Numbered from the stretch's first letter, positions 19,323-31,259 are shown. The stretch is 64,000 nt of DNA from an uncultured Bacilli bacterium (GCA_963931545.1 OZ007025.1:137145-201144); one strand, 5' to 3'. The notes: generated by a model not told the origin, from the letters alone. Translations and numbers: made by a program.

Positions 19323-20459
19323 ATGTTAAAGGTAGATGATTGGATGATTGAATTTAAAAAAGTATCAAAAGCTTATAAAAATAATACTGTTTTAAAAGAT
19401 ATTTCTTTTCAAATTGAAACTGGTAAATTTACAGTTTTAATTGGAGAATCTGGTTGTGGTAAGACAACTTTACTTAAGATGATTAATAAGTTAATTGTGC
19501 CTACTAAGGGAGATATTTTTATCGATGGAAAAAATATAAGAGAAATAGATGATATTAAGCTAAGAAGAAGTATGGGATATGTTATTCAACAAACTGGTCT
19601 TTTTCCTCATATGACTGTTAGGGAGAATATTACAATTATTCCGAAAATTTTAAAGATGGATGAAGGTAAAATTGAGGAAGATACTTTGAAAATGATGGAT
19701 ATGATTGGTTTAGATGAATCTTTACTTGATAGATATCCTAGTGAGCTTTCTGGTGGGCAGCAGCAACGTATTGGAATTGCGAGAGCTTTTATTACTAATC
19801 CAAATATTATTTTAATGGATGAACCTTTTAGTGCTTTAGACCCAATGAGTAGAGTTTCACTTCAAGATGAAATTTTAAAATTACAGGAAAAGTTACATAA
19901 AACTATTGTATTTGTAACTCATGATATGGATGAGGCTATAAAGTTAGCTGATAAGATTGCTATTTTTGATAATGGAGAATTAGTTCAATATGATGTTCCT
20001 GAAAATATTTTAAAACATCCCGCTAATGATTTTGTCAAAAATTTTGTTGGTAAAAAAAGAATTTGGACAAGTCCTAAATATATTAAAGCTTCTGATATTA
20101 TGATTGATAAACCTGTTACTTCTTCACCTAATTATACGGTATTTTATTGTTTGAATAAGATGAAGATGATGAAGGTTGATAGTTTGATGATTATAGATGA
20201 GGATAATAAATTTTTAGGTGTTTTATATGCGGAGAGTGTGACTGATAAGGAAGCTTTAAATAAAATGGCAAGTGATTATATGCTTAAAGATATTCCAATA
20301 GTTAGAAAAGATGATTCTATTAGTACTTTAGCTAAATTAGTTACTGAAAGTAGGCTTTTGAATATACCTGTTTTAGATGATGAAAATCATTTATGTGGGC
20401 TTATTACGAGAAGTAGTTTAATTACAGCTTTGAGTCAGCAGTTCTTGGAGGAGGAATAA
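19323..20459 (+). CDS. Glycine betaine/carnitine/choline ABC transporter ATP-binding protein with tandem CBS domains (OpuCA/OpuBA-like)
   Basis: Walker A GESGCGKTT, ABC signature LSGGQQQRIGIARA and a C-terminal CBS pair. The true start may instead be the ATG at 19344 (MIEFKKVSKAY). Confidence 0.85.
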   Translation: MLKVDDWMIEFKKVSKAYKNNTVLKDISFQIETGKFTVLIGESGCGKTTLLKMINKLIVPTKGDIFIDGKNIREIDDIKLRRSMGYVIQQTGLFPHMTVRENITIIPKILKMDEGKIEEDTLKMMDMIGLDESLLDRYPSELSGGQQQRIGIARAFITNPNIILMDEPFSALDPMSRVSLQDEILKLQEKLHKTIVFVTHDMDEAIKLADKIAIFDNGELVQYDVPENILKHPANDFVKNFVGKKRIWTSPKYIKASDIMIDKPVTSSPNYTVFYCLNKMKMMKVDSLMIIDEDNKFLGVLYAESVTDKEALNKMASDYMLKDIPIVRKDDSISTLAKLVTESRLLNIPVLDDENHLCGLITRSSLITALSQQFLEEE

Positions 20460-20460
20460 G

Positions 20461-22026
20461 ATGGAAATTTTAAATTATATTATTCAAAATAAAGAACAGA
20501 TTATTTCGCTTTTTTTAGAACATATTGAGCTTACTTTTATTGCGGTTTTACTTTCTATTTTAATAGGTGTGCCTATTGGTATTTTAATTAGTTATGTTAA
20601 AAAGTTAGATAAACCTGTTTTGGGCTTGTCTTCAGTTATTCAAGCTGTTCCTTCCATGGCTTTACTTGGTTTTTTAATTCCTTTTGTTGGTATTGGAACT
20701 ATTCCAGCTATTATTGTGGTTATTTTATATTCACTTTTACCAATTATTAAAAATACTTATACTGGTATTAATGGTATTAGTGAGACAATGATTGAGTCGG
20801 CTAAAGGTATTGGACTTACTAAAAGTCAGATTTTATTTAAGATACAGATTCCACAAACTTTACCTGTTATTATGGCTGGTATTAGGATATCTGCAGTATC
20901 AGCTGTGGGTTTAATGACTATGTCAGCATTTATCGGTGGTGGAGGTCTTGGTTATTTGATATTTTCTGGTATTAGAACGGTTAATAATTATCAAATTTTA
21001 GCTGGAGCAATTCCAGCATGTATACTTGCTTTAATTGTCGATTATTTCTTTGGTTTAATTGAAAAATTAGTTACGCCTATTAGTTTGCAGATGAAAGATT
21101 CTTCTAGGGAAGAAGTTATTAGGAAACGTAAAAAACAAAAGGTAATGCTTGTTATTATTTTGATTGTAGTTGGTTTGGTATTTTTAAGTCAAATTAAGTT
21201 TAGTGATGGAAATTCTAAGACTATTACTGTAAGTGGTAAGGATTTTACTGAGCAAAATATTTTATGTGAAATGGTTTCTGATTATATTGAAGCTAATATG
21301 GATATTTCGGTTAATAGGAAATGTAATTTAGGAGGGGCACAGGTAGTTTTTTCAGCTATTCAAAGAGGAGATATTGATTTATATGTCGATTATTTAGGAA
21401 CTGATTATACGGATATTTTGAAGTATTCACCAATTAGTGATGTCGATAAGGTTTATGATACGGTTAAAAAAGAGTTTAATAGTAAATATGATTTGGCTGT
21501 TTTAAAACAAATGAGTTTTAACAATACTTATGCTTTAGCGGTGCGTCCTGATACGGCTTCTAAATATAATTTGAAAACGATTTCGGATATTGTTCCTTAT
21601 TCTAATGAACTTAAGATTTCTCCTACTTTAGAGTTTGTTAATAGGGAAGATGGTTTAGCTGGTCTTAATAAGGTTTATGGACTTAATTTTTCTGATGTTA
21701 TTGCGATTGATGGAAGTCCTAGATATACGGCTTTAATGAATGATAATAGTCAGGTTATTGATGCTTTTACGACTGATGGTTTACTTAGAAAGTTTGGATT
21801 AGTGGTTTTAGAGGATGATAAGAATTTCTTTCCACCTTATTATGCGGTGCCTATTATTAGAAATGAAGTGTTGGATAAATATCCTGAGCTTGAAGGTTTG
21901 ATGAATAAAATAGGAACTTATTTAACTAATGAGAGCGTTCAAGAGTTAAATTATGAAGTGGATGAGCTTGGTAAGAATCCAGAAGTAGTGGCAAATGAAT
22001 TTTTGAAAGAAAATAGTTTGATTTAG
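20461..22026 (+). CDS. Osmoprotectant ABC transporter permease fused to a substrate-binding domain (OpuCB/OpuCC-type fusion)
   Basis: 521 aa. The N-terminal 210 aa form a BPD-transporter permease segment. The C-terminal 300 aa look like a glycine-betaine-binding domain. Confidence 0.8.
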   Translation: MEILNYIIQNKEQIISLFLEHIELTFIAVLLSILIGVPIGILISYVKKLDKPVLGLSSVIQAVPSMALLGFLIPFVGIGTIPAIIVVILYSLLPIIKNTYTGINGISETMIESAKGIGLTKSQILFKIQIPQTLPVIMAGIRISAVSAVGLMTMSAFIGGGGLGYLIFSGIRTVNNYQILAGAIPACILALIVDYFFGLIEKLVTPISLQMKDSSREEVIRKRKKQKVMLVIILIVVGLVFLSQIKFSDGNSKTITVSGKDFTEQNILCEMVSDYIEANMDISVNRKCNLGGAQVVFSAIQRGDIDLYVDYLGTDYTDILKYSPISDVDKVYDTVKKEFNSKYDLAVLKQMSFNNTYALAVRPDTASKYNLKTISDIVPYSNELKISPTLEFVNREDGLAGLNKVYGLNFSDVIAIDGSPRYTALMNDNSQVIDAFTTDGLLRKFGLVVLEDDKNFFPPYYAVPIIRNEVLDKYPELEGLMNKIGTYLTNESVQELNYEVDELGKNPEVVANEFLKENSLI

Positions 22027-22035
22027 GAGGGGTTT

Positions 22036-22665
22036 ATGATAAAGGTTAATATTCAAAGTAGTATTTTGATTGACGAAGGGATTAAGATTTATTTTGACCC
22101 ATTAAAGATGGATAAAAAGTATGATGCAGATTATATTTTTATAACACATAGTCATTATGACCATTTTTCTAAGGAAGATATTTTGAATTTAAAAAATGAT
22201 AATACGGTTATTATTTGTCCTTATGATATATATGATTTATGTGTAGATATGGGGTTTAAAGATAGTAATATTGTTAAGATAAAACCTTTAGATGAAATAG
22301 ATTCAGGTGTTTTTAAGTTTAAGGCAGTGTATGCATATAATATTAATAAACCTTTTCATCCTAAAGAAAATAACTGGGTAGGATATGTTTTAGATTTGTA
22401 TGGTAAACATTACTATATTGCAGGTGATACTGATTTGTTAGAGGAAAATCTGCCTATGCTTAACAATATAGATTATGCTTTTGTTCCAATTGGTGGAACT
22501 TATACGATGGATGCTTTAGAAGCTAGTCAGTTTGTGAATTTATTTAAGCCTAAAACAGTTATTCCTATTCATTATGGTATGGTAGTTGGAGATATAAATG
22601 ATTTGAATAAGTTTGTTTTAAATGTTGATAATTCTATAAATGTTTTAGATTTACTTAAAAAGTAA
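22036..22665 (+). CDS. MBL-fold metallo-hydrolase
   Basis: HxHxDH motif (THSHYDHF) and a downstream His/Asp ligand pattern. Confidence 0.7.
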   Translation: MIKVNIQSSILIDEGIKIYFDPLKMDKKYDADYIFITHSHYDHFSKEDILNLKNDNTVIICPYDIYDLCVDMGFKDSNIVKIKPLDEIDSGVFKFKAVYAYNINKPFHPKENNWVGYVLDLYGKHYYIAGDTDLLEENLPMLNNIDYAFVPIGGTYTMDALEASQFVNLFKPKTVIPIHYGMVVGDINDLNKFVLNVDNSINVLDLLKK

Positions 22666-22725
22666 TTATAATTTCAAGATAATTTCATAAATATATGGTA
22701 TATTTGTGGAGATGGGAGGAATTAT

Positions 22726-22998
22726 ATGAAATGTCCAGTTTGTAAAGATATTACTTTACTTATGAGTGAAAAAAAAGGAATAGAGATTGATTATTGTCCT
22801 GAGTGCCGTGGAATATGGCTTGATAGAGGAGAACTTGAAAAATTAATAGAGAAAGAAAATGAAGTTATTAATCATGATTATGAAAAACGAGACAAACATG
22901 ATGATTATGATAAATATGAATATGATAGAAATGGAAAACATACTAAAAGAAAAAAAGAATCTATTTTTGGAGAGATTTTTGATATGTTTGGAGATTAA
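22726..22998 (+). CDS. Zinc-ribbon (TFIIB-type zf) domain protein with a charged tail
   Basis: The motif CPVC...CPEC(RGIWLDRGELEKL) is typical of zf-TFIIB/DUF-type ribbon proteins. Confidence 0.5.
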   Translation: MKCPVCKDITLLMSEKKGIEIDYCPECRGIWLDRGELEKLIEKENEVINHDYEKRDKHDDYDKYEYDRNGKHTKRKKESIFGEIFDMFGD

Positions 22999-23030
22999 AA
23001 TTAGGTTAATTCCTAATTTTTTGATATAAT

Positions 23031-23915
23031 TTGGTTATGATATTAAATGTTAGTGGTAGAACAGATATAGTAGCTTTTTATAGTAAGTGGTTTATGAATA
23101 GATATAATGAGGGTTATGTGGATGTGCGTAACCCTTTTTATCCTAAGCTTGTTAGTAGAATATATTTTGATGATGTTGATATGATTGTTTTTTGTACTAA
23201 AAATCCTATTCCTATTTTAAATTATTTAGATAAAATTAATAAACCTATTATATTTCAAGTAACATTAACACCTTATGGTAAGGATATTGAATCAAATGTA
23301 ATTTCTAAAGGAAATATTGTGAATGCGATTAAAAAATTATCTAATGTACTTGGGATAGATAATGTATATGTGAGATATGATCCTATTTTAATTAATGATA
23401 AGTATGATATTAATTTTCATATTAAAGCTTTTGATAGTCTATGTAGTAAGTTAAATGGGTATGTTAAACATATTATTGTTTCTTTTGTCGATGATTATAA
23501 GAATGTTAGGAATAATATGAAAGTTTTGAGGCTATATAAGTTAGATGATGATGCTTTAAAAAATATAGGTAAAAACTTTAGTAAGATTGCTTTAGAAAAT
23601 GGAATGAGTGTTCAAACTTGTTTTGAGAAAAATGATTTAGCTTGTTATGGCTTTGTTTCTAATCCCTGTGTTTCTAAAGATTTGGCTTTTAAATTAATTG
23701 GTAAGAAGTTTCCTAAGTGGAAAGCCAGAGATTGTGGTTGCGCGGAGATGGTGGATATTGGTGTTTATAATACGTGCAGGCATTTTTGTAAGTATTGCTA
23801 TGCAAATTATGATGAGGAAAAAGTGAATTATAATGTTAAAATGCATGATGATAATTCTTCTTTGCTTGTTGGTTATTTAGAAGAAGATGATATAGTAAAA
23901 GTTAGAAAAAAGTAA
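23031..23915 (+). CDS. DUF1848-like protein (C-terminal Cys cluster)
   Basis: 294 aa with N-terminal GRTDIVAFYSKWFMNRY and C-terminal CGCAE...CRHFCKYCYA motifs. From memory these resemble the DUF1848 family. Confidence 0.45.
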   Translation: MVMILNVSGRTDIVAFYSKWFMNRYNEGYVDVRNPFYPKLVSRIYFDDVDMIVFCTKNPIPILNYLDKINKPIIFQVTLTPYGKDIESNVISKGNIVNAIKKLSNVLGIDNVYVRYDPILINDKYDINFHIKAFDSLCSKLNGYVKHIIVSFVDDYKNVRNNMKVLRLYKLDDDALKNIGKNFSKIALENGMSVQTCFEKNDLACYGFVSNPCVSKDLAFKLIGKKFPKWKARDCGCAEMVDIGVYNTCRHFCKYCYANYDEEKVNYNVKMHDDNSSLLVGYLEEDDIVKVRKK

Positions 23916-24197
23916 TTTACATTCTATTTACATTTTTAATTATTTTGATATAATTTTGCAATAATATTACTTTTTTGTTTTTAAATTATTTATTAAAAAT
24001 AATTTAAAAAAATTTATAATTTTATTAAATATGTATTATTTTGAAATAAAAGGTAATAAAATGTCAAAATATTTATGTTTAAAATAATAAATTAATGATT
24101 GTAAGTGAGAAAAAATTTATATGTTGTGTTAAAAACGTAAATTTGACAAAAAAATATTATGTTATATAATATTTTTCGTGTTAAAGGGGGAAACATT

Positions 24198-24617
24198 ATG
24201 ACTTTTAGAAAACCTGAATTTAATTTAAAAAAAGATGATACTAAAATAAAAATTATAAATATTGCAAGTGAATATTGGGCAGATAGAATTAAAAATGCTG
24301 GAGAAAGACAAATAAGTTATGAGATGGGTAATGGAATTATCATTGTATCCAATAAAGAATTAGTGCGATTTAAAAGAAATTTTTCTAATGTTATTTCTAA
24401 AATGTATTCTCATATAGGAAACGGAATTATGCTTTGGACACCTGATGGAAAACATTTTAATGATATTGGAACAGATAGTTATTTAAGAAATATTATGAAA
24501 AATTCTAATTTATCACTTACTTGTTTACCTAGTGATGTTTGTATGATGATTTATTCAAATAAAATTGTGGTTGAAGAAGATTTTAAACAATTAATAATTT
24601 ATTCTAAAGTAAAATAA
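24198..24617 (+). CDS. Hypothetical protein (about 140 aa)
   Basis: AAAGGGGG ribosome-binding site before the ATG at 24198. No recognisable family. It follows a roughly 280-bp AT-rich intergenic region. Confidence 0.45.
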   Translation: MTFRKPEFNLKKDDTKIKIINIASEYWADRIKNAGERQISYEMGNGIIIVSNKELVRFKRNFSNVISKMYSHIGNGIMLWTPDGKHFNDIGTDSYLRNIMKNSNLSLTCLPSDVCMMIYSNKIVVEEDFKQLIIYSKVK

Positions 24618-24642
24618 AAAATGGAGTTTTTAATTCCATTTT

Positions 24643-25668
24643 TTAGTATTTGTTTGGGTCAATCATGATTTTTACAGCCGAATCTGTACCGCTTGTTAGT
24701 CTTTCATAAGCTTTTTGAGTTTCTGTAAGTGGCATTATTTCATCGACAAATTTTATGACATTAATTTTTTTATCAGCTATTAAGTTTATGCAATCTTTAA
24801 ATTCTTCTTTAGTATATCCAATAGCGCCTTTGATAGTAAGTTCTTTCATGACAGCTAGTACAGAAGCAAATTCAATAGGTTTTGGAGATACTCCTACTAA
24901 TACCATTGTTCCTCCTGGTTTAATTGTTAAAAGTTCACTTTCAACGGCTTTAGTATTTCCTGAGCAATCAATTACTTTATCAAATCCACCAGGGACTTTT
25001 GTGAGAATATTTTTTAAAAAGTTTTCATCTTTAGCATTAAACCATTCATCAGCTACATTTAAAATTACTGATTTTTCTCCTCTTGCTTCATTTGTTTCAC
25101 TAATGGCAACGTATTGAGCGCCTTCTAATTTAGCAAACATGGCTGAAACTAAACCAATAATACCACCACCGACAACTAAAACATTATCTCCAACTTTAAT
25201 ATCTGCAAGATGAATAGCGTGTAAGCCAACGGCAGTAGGCTCAACCATTGCTCCTTCTTCATCTGATACATTATCTGGTAATTTCATTACCATATCAGGT
25301 CTTACAGCTATAGTGCTTGTTAGACCACCAGGATTATCTAATGAAAGACCAACGGCATGACTCCATGTTTCATTACAGTACTGTGGATTTCCTGTTTCAC
25401 ATGCTTCACAGTGTCCACATGGTGAAATTGGAAGGGCTGTTACTCTATCTCCGACTTTTAAATCTACTCTGGTTGCTGGATTTACTACTTTTCCAGTAAA
25501 TTCGTGGCCCATAATTAATCCTTTTGGACTACCAGCATCCCAATTGTGAATGTCTGATCCACATATTCCTGTTTTTAAAACATCAATGATTACTTTACCA
25601 TCTTCTTTTGGTTTTTCAATATCAACAATTTTAAATTTTTTTACATCATCTAATTGTGCTGCTTTCAT
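24643..25668 (-). CDS. Zinc-dependent alcohol dehydrogenase (MDR family; sorbitol/threonine dehydrogenase-like)
   Basis: Catalytic zinc motif GHEFTGKV, structural zinc cluster CGHCEAC and Rossmann motif VVGGGIIG. Confidence 0.85.
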   Translation of the reverse strand: MKAAQLDDVKKFKIVDIEKPKEDGKVIIDVLKTGICGSDIHNWDAGSPKGLIMGHEFTGKVVNPATRVDLKVGDRVTALPISPCGHCEACETGNPQYCNETWSHAVGLSLDNPGGLTSTIAVRPDMVMKLPDNVSDEEGAMVEPTAVGLHAIHLADIKVGDNVLVVGGGIIGLVSAMFAKLEGAQYVAISETNEARGEKSVILNVADEWFNAKDENFLKNILTKVPGGFDKVIDCSGNTKAVESELLTIKPGGTMVLVGVSPKPIEFASVLAVMKELTIKGAIGYTKEEFKDCINLIADKKINVIKFVDEIMPLTETQKAYERLTSGTDSAVKIMIDPNKY

Positions 25669-25795
25669 GTTTATTACCTCCTTTTTTATTATAGCATTTT
25701 TTATTATTTATAACCTAAATTGTTTTACTTTTTATTTTTACTTTACTTTTTCTATACTAAAAAGCAATATGCGATGATTGCATATTGCTATAAAA

Positions 25796-26584
<789 letters not shown>

Positions 26585-26727
26585 TTTTTCCTCCTTCCAT
26601 TTTATGATATGAAGGAGAGAAAATTTGAACTGAGTTAATATCTAATAATTATTAAATATTTTTAAAATTTTGCATTCGTGTTATACTATAATTGAATTTT
26701 ATAAAATATGATTTGAAGGTGTTTAAA

Positions 26728-27168
26728 ATGACTGATTTAGATAGATTTGTAAAAGCGCAGGAAACTACTTATTTAAAGGCTTTAAGTGAGATAAAAAATG
26801 GTAAAAAGCAATCACACTTTATGTGGTATATTTTTCCACAAATTAGAGGGCTTGGTATGAGTGAAATGTCTAGATATTATGGTATTAGTTGTCCGTTAGA
26901 AGCAAATGATTATTTAAATCATGAAATATTAGGTAGTAGATTACGTGAAATTACAAGTGAACTTTTAAAACTCAATGAGGATAATCCAGAATCTATTTTT
27001 GGATTAGTTGATGCTATGAAACTAAAATCTTGTATGACTTTATTTGATTATGTTTCTTCTTTTGATATTTTTAAGGATGTTTTAGATAAGTTTTATGGTG
27101 GAAAAGTTGATGAAAAAACAATTTTTCTTTGTAATAAAAGTAAAAGTTTAATATATAAAAAGCAATAA
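26728..27168 (+). CDS. DUF1810 family protein
   Basis: The motif SHFMWYIFPQIRGLG is as I recall for DUF1810. The start was chosen at 26728 after a GAAGGTG ribosome-binding site. Confidence 0.55.
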   Translation: MTDLDRFVKAQETTYLKALSEIKNGKKQSHFMWYIFPQIRGLGMSEMSRYYGISCPLEANDYLNHEILGSRLREITSELLKLNEDNPESIFGLVDAMKLKSCMTLFDYVSSFDIFKDVLDKFYGGKVDEKTIFLCNKSKSLIYKKQ

Positions 27169-27289
27169 TTTTTTAATAATTAATTTTATCAAAGCCCATT
27201 ATTTGATTTATATTATGATAATGTGATTTAATAGTTGTATAGAAGCAAAATTATTTTATTAGTTATTATGTTTTTAAGGAGTTATTTAT

Positions 27290-27883
27290 ATGAATTATAA
27301 AAAGTTAATTAGTGAACACATGAAAAACGAAAAATATTTATTAATTCTTATATTGTCATTTATTGCTACAATATTTGTAGGTTTGGTTATAGTGCATAAA
27401 ATGTCTTTGAGAACTTTAATTGTTTTAATTTTATTAGGTCTTTTCCTTATTAGCTTACTTTTTTATCGAAAAAAACAGTTTAATGATATATATGAAAATT
27501 TATCTAAGGAAGGACAAATAGAATTAGATTCGGATATTAACCAAACTTACTTTTTTTCAGGAAAAGATTATGCTTTATCAAGTAAATATATTATAAATTT
27601 AAAAAAACCAAAAATTATTAAGTATAGTTCGATTTTAATTGTTGATAAAACTACAGGACTTAATTCGCATGGTAAGCGTAGTTTTATGTGCGATATAGTA
27701 TATGTTTTTACTAAAACTGAAAAAGTTGGTTTAATTCTCAAAGAGTATGGTGTATTAAATGTTCAACCACAATATTATGCTGGATTATATAATTATATTA
27801 AAGCTCAAAATCCTAATGTATTAAAAGGCTATACAAAAGAAAATAGAAAAATAATAAAAGATAAGTATAATATTGAAATTTAA
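27290..27883 (+). CDS. Hypothetical membrane protein (2 TM)
   Basis: Two N-terminal hydrophobic helices and an AAGGAG ribosome-binding site. Confidence 0.5.
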   Translation: MNYKKLISEHMKNEKYLLILILSFIATIFVGLVIVHKMSLRTLIVLILLGLFLISLLFYRKKQFNDIYENLSKEGQIELDSDINQTYFFSGKDYALSSKYIINLKKPKIIKYSSILIVDKTTGLNSHGKRSFMCDIVYVFTKTEKVGLILKEYGVLNVQPQYYAGLYNYIKAQNPNVLKGYTKENRKIIKDKYNIEI

Positions 27884-28025
27884 TTTGTAAGACTTTGTTA
27901 AAAAATGTGAAATACTGTTGTTTAATAAGATTATAAATGATAAACTATCTGTTTATTTGATAAAATTTTATTATTAGATGTTATATGATGCTTAGTAAAT
28001 TTGTGAATTTATGAGGAGGAATATT

Positions 28026-29975
28026 ATGCTTGAACTTAAATCAAAGTTTAGTCCTAGTGGAGACCAGCCAGAGGCAATAGATGAACTTGTTAAAGGAGTA
28101 GAGGAAGGCAAGAAATTTCAAGTATTACTTGGTGCGACGGGTACTGGTAAAACTTTTACGATTGCTAATGTGATTGCGAAAACTCAAAAACCTACTTTAG
28201 TTTTAGCTCATAATAAAACTTTAGCTGGACAGCTATATGGAGAATTTAAAGAGCTTTTTCCAAATGCTCATGTTTGTTATTTCATAAGTTATTATGATTA
28301 TTACCAACCAGAAGCTTATGTAGCTAAGACTGATACTTATATTGAAAAAGATGCTTCTATTAATGATGAGATAGATGAACTTAGGCATTATGCGACAGCT
28401 TCACTTTTAGCACATAAAGATGTTATAGTTGTTGCTTCTGTTTCTTGTATTTATGGTATTGGAGAAATTGAAGATTATAAGAAAAAGGTTTTGTTTTTGA
28501 GTGTTGGAGAAACTATTGATAGAGATGAAGTTATTCAAAAATTAATCGATATGTTTTATGAGAGAAATGATATTGATTTAAAAAGAGGAACTTTTAGAGT
28601 ACATGGGGATATTTTAGAGGTTGTTCCTATTGGCCAGCACGCTCATGGAATTAGGGTTGAATTTTTTGGCGATGAGATTGATAGAATTAGTGAGTTTGAT
28701 TTAGTTACAGGAACATTAGTTAATGATAAAAAAACTTATACATTATTTCCTGCAAGTCATTTTGTGACTAATGATGAAAAATTAAAGATTGCTATTCAAA
28801 ATATTGAGAAAGAATTAGAAAGTCAATTAGAAAAATTTCAAAGTGAAAATAAGTTATTAGAGTATCAAAGATTAAAAGAGAGAACTAATTATGATATTGA
28901 AATGCTTAAAGAAACTGGTTCATGTAGAGGAGTAGAAAATTATTCAGCACCTTTAGCTTTAAGAAAACCTGGAGAGATGCCTACTACTTTAATTGATTTT
29001 TTTGGCGATGATTTTTTATTAGTTGTCGATGAGTCACATGTTACATTACCACAAGTTAGGGCAATGTATAATGGAGATAGGATGAGAAAGCAAGCTTTGG
29101 TTGATTATGGTTTTAGATTACCTAGTGCTTTAGATAATAGGCCTTTAAAGTTTGAAGAATTTGAGGGTAAGATTAAACAAGCTATATTTGTTTCGGCAAC
29201 TCCTGGAGATTATGAGATGGAAAAAGTTCATAATAAAGTAGTAGAACAAATTATTAGACCAACTGGTTTATTAGACCCTATGATTGAAGTTAAGTCTACT
29301 AAAAAACAGATTGATGATTTAGTTAATCAAATACATTCACAGATAGAAAAAGGAGAGAGAACTTTAATTACTACTTTAACTATTAGAATGGCTGAGGAGT
29401 TATCAGTTTATCTTAAAAATTTGGATATTAAGGTTGCTTATTTACATAATGAAATTAAATCTTTGGAAAGGATGCAGATAATTCATGATTTAAGAGTAGG
29501 TAAGTATGATGTTGTTGTGGGAATTAATTTACTTCGTGAGGGTATCGATGTGCCTGAGGTTAGTTTGATTGCTATTATGGATGCAGATAAACAAGGATTT
29601 TTAAGAAGTGAGCGAAGTTTAATTCAGACCATTGGTAGAGCGGCTAGAAATGCGAATGGTAGAGTTATAATGTATGCGGATGAGATAAGTTCAGCAATGA
29701 ATGCGGCTATAAAAGAGACTAATAGAAGAAGAAAAATACAAGAAGAATATAATCAAAAACATGGGATTGTTCCTAAAACTATTATTAAAGAAGTTAGAGA
29801 AGTTATTTCTAATAAGTTTGAAATTAAAGAGAAAAAAGAGAAAAAACTAAATAAAAAAGATAAAGAAAGATTAATGTTTGAGATGCAGCATGAAATGAAA
29901 GAGGCTGCTAAGAATCTTGATTTTGAAAGAGCTATGGAACTTAGAGATGCTTTATTTGAGATGCAAAGTGAGTAG
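28026..29975 (+). CDS. uvrB: Excinuclease ABC subunit B
   Basis: Walker [11 protein letters not shown], helicase motifs and the C-terminal UvrB/UvrC interaction domain [17 protein letters not shown] ribosome-binding site before 28026. Confidence 0.95.
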   Translation: MLELKSKFSPSGDQPEAIDELVKGVEEGKKFQVLLGATGTGKTFTIANVIAKTQKPTLVLAHNKTLAGQLYGEFKELFPNAHVCYFISYYDYYQPEAYVAKTDTYIEKDASINDEIDELRHYATASLLAHKDVIVVASVSCIYGIGEIEDYKKKVLFLSVGETIDRDEVIQKLIDMFYERNDIDLKRGTFRVHGDILEVVPIGQHAHGIRVEFFGDEIDRISEFDLVTGTLVNDKKTYTLFPASHFVTNDEKLKIAIQNIEKELESQLEKFQSENKLLEYQRLKERTNYDIEMLKETGSCRGVENYSAPLALRKPGEMPTTLIDFFGDDFLLVVDESHVTLPQVRAMYNGDRMRKQALVDYGFRLPSALDNRPLKFEEFEGKIKQAIFVSATPGDYEMEKVHNKVVEQIIRPTGLLDPMIEVKSTKKQIDDLVNQIHSQIEKGERTLITTLTIRMAEELSVYLKNLDIKVAYLHNEIKSLERMQIIHDLRVGKYDVVVGINLLREGIDVPEVSLIAIMDADKQGFLRSERSLIQTIGRAARNANGRVIMYADEISSAMNAAIKETNRRRKIQEEYNQKHGIVPKTIIKEVREVISNKFEIKEKKEKKLNKKDKERLMFEMQHEMKEAAKNLDFERAMELRDALFEMQSE

Positions 29976-29977
29976 AG

Positions 29978-30003
29978 ACTGATGTTTTTCAGTCTTTTTC
30001 TTC
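29978..30003 (+). terminator. Intrinsic terminator after uvrB
   Basis: AGACTGA-TGTTTTT-TCAGTCT stem followed by TTTTT. Confidence 0.6.
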
Positions 30004-30055
30004 TTTTGCGAGGAATTTTGGAATATGATATAATGATAGATGAAAGGTGAATAAT

Positions 30056-30484
30056 ATGAAAAATAGTAGATATAATTTCTTTATTAAACTTTTTGATTGG
30101 GTTATTCGTATTTTGGGTTATACAGTTATACTTATGCTTATGACATTAGTTTTTAAAAATACACTTTATATTGATAATTCATATTATGGTTTATGGTGTT
30201 TAATAGCATCTATTTTGATTTATTTACTTAATAAGACAATTAAACCTTTTTTGGTATGGCTTACTATTCCAATTACAGGTATTACTTTAGGACTTTTTTA
30301 TCCTTTTATAAATTTAATTATTTTAAAAATTGTCAGTTTGATTTTAGGTAAGCATTTTGCTATTTATGGTATTTGGTTTGCTTTGTTAGTGGCAATATGT
30401 ATTTCTATTTTAAATGTGATTTTAGATATGACTGTGTTTAAAAGATTGACTTTTAAGGAGGAAAAAGATGAATCCGATAATTGA
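30056..30484 (+). CDS. Small 4-TM membrane protein (phage-holin-4/YvlD-like)
   Basis: Four hydrophobic helices in about 140 aa. Overlaps the lgt start. Confidence 0.45.
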   Translation: MKNSRYNFFIKLFDWVIRILGYTVILMLMTLVFKNTLYIDNSYYGLWCLIASILIYLLNKTIKPFLVWLTIPITGITLGLFYPFINLIILKIVSLILGKHFAIYGIWFALLVAICISILNVILDMTVFKRLTFKEEKDESDN

Positions 30485-31259
30485 TTTAGGTATTATTTCT
30501 ATTCATTGGTATTCTATTTTATTATTTATTGCTATTTTAATAGGCTCTAATTTGGCTATAAAGGAAGCAAAAAAGCATGGTTTTGAAGAAGATTTTATGG
30601 TTAATTTGCTTTTTTTAGGAGTTATTATTGGTATTTTAGGAGCTAGAATTTATTATGTTATATTTAATTTTAATTATTATAAGGATAATTTAATAGAAAT
30701 ATTTAAGGTTTGGAATGGTGGACTTGCTATTCATGGTGGAATCATTGCAGGTTTTATTACGATAGCTACTATATGTTATAAGAAAAAAGTGAACTTACTT
30801 AAGATTTTAGATTATTTAGTGGTTGGACTTGTTATAGCACAAGCTATTGGTAGATGGGGTAATTTCTTTAATGGAGAGGCACATGGTGCTATTACAAGTT
30901 TAAGTTATTTAGAAAGTTTACATTTACCACAGTTTATTATTGATGGAATGTATATTAATGGTAGTTATTATACTCCAACATTTTTGTATGAATCTATTTG
31001 GTGTTTGATTGGTTTTATTATAATGATTATTTTGAGAAGAAAAAAGTTTATGAAGGTCGGATATTTAACTAGTTTTTATTTAGTTTGGTATGGCGTGGAG
31101 AGATTTTTTGTTGAAGGATTAAGAACTGATAGTTTGATGTTTTTCTCTTTAAGAATTGCGCAGTTAGTATCACTTGTAATGATAGTAATTGGTATTGTTA
31201 TATTTATATATAGTTTAAAGAAATCTAAAAAATATGAGGAGGATGATAAAATTGCGTAA
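30468..31259 (+). CDS. lgt: Prolipoprotein diacylglyceryl transferase
   Basis: Signature GRWGNFFNGEAHG and a polytopic membrane profile. Confidence 0.9.
   Translation: MNPIIDLGIISIHWYSILLFIAILIGSNLAIKEAKKHGFEEDFMVNLLFLGVIIGILGARIYYVIFNFNYYKDNLIEIFKVWNGGLAIHGGIIAGFITIATICYKKKVNLLKILDYLVVGLVIAQAIGRWGNFFNGEAHGAITSLSYLESLHLPQFIIDGMYINGSYYTPTFLYESIWCLIGFIIMIILRRKKFMKVGYLTSFYLVWYGVERFFVEGLRTDSLMFFSLRIAQLVSLVMIVIGIVIFIYSLKKSKKYEEDDKIA

Noticed and set aside
24755-25777. Three plus-strand ORFs opposite the alcohol dehydrogenase
   Set aside because: Antisense frames. The ADH frame carries all the zinc-ADH motifs.
27884-28025. Searched for a LexA (Cheo) box GAAC-N4-GTTC upstream of uvrB
   Set aside because: No match found by eye. 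Reported as an observation rather than a feature.
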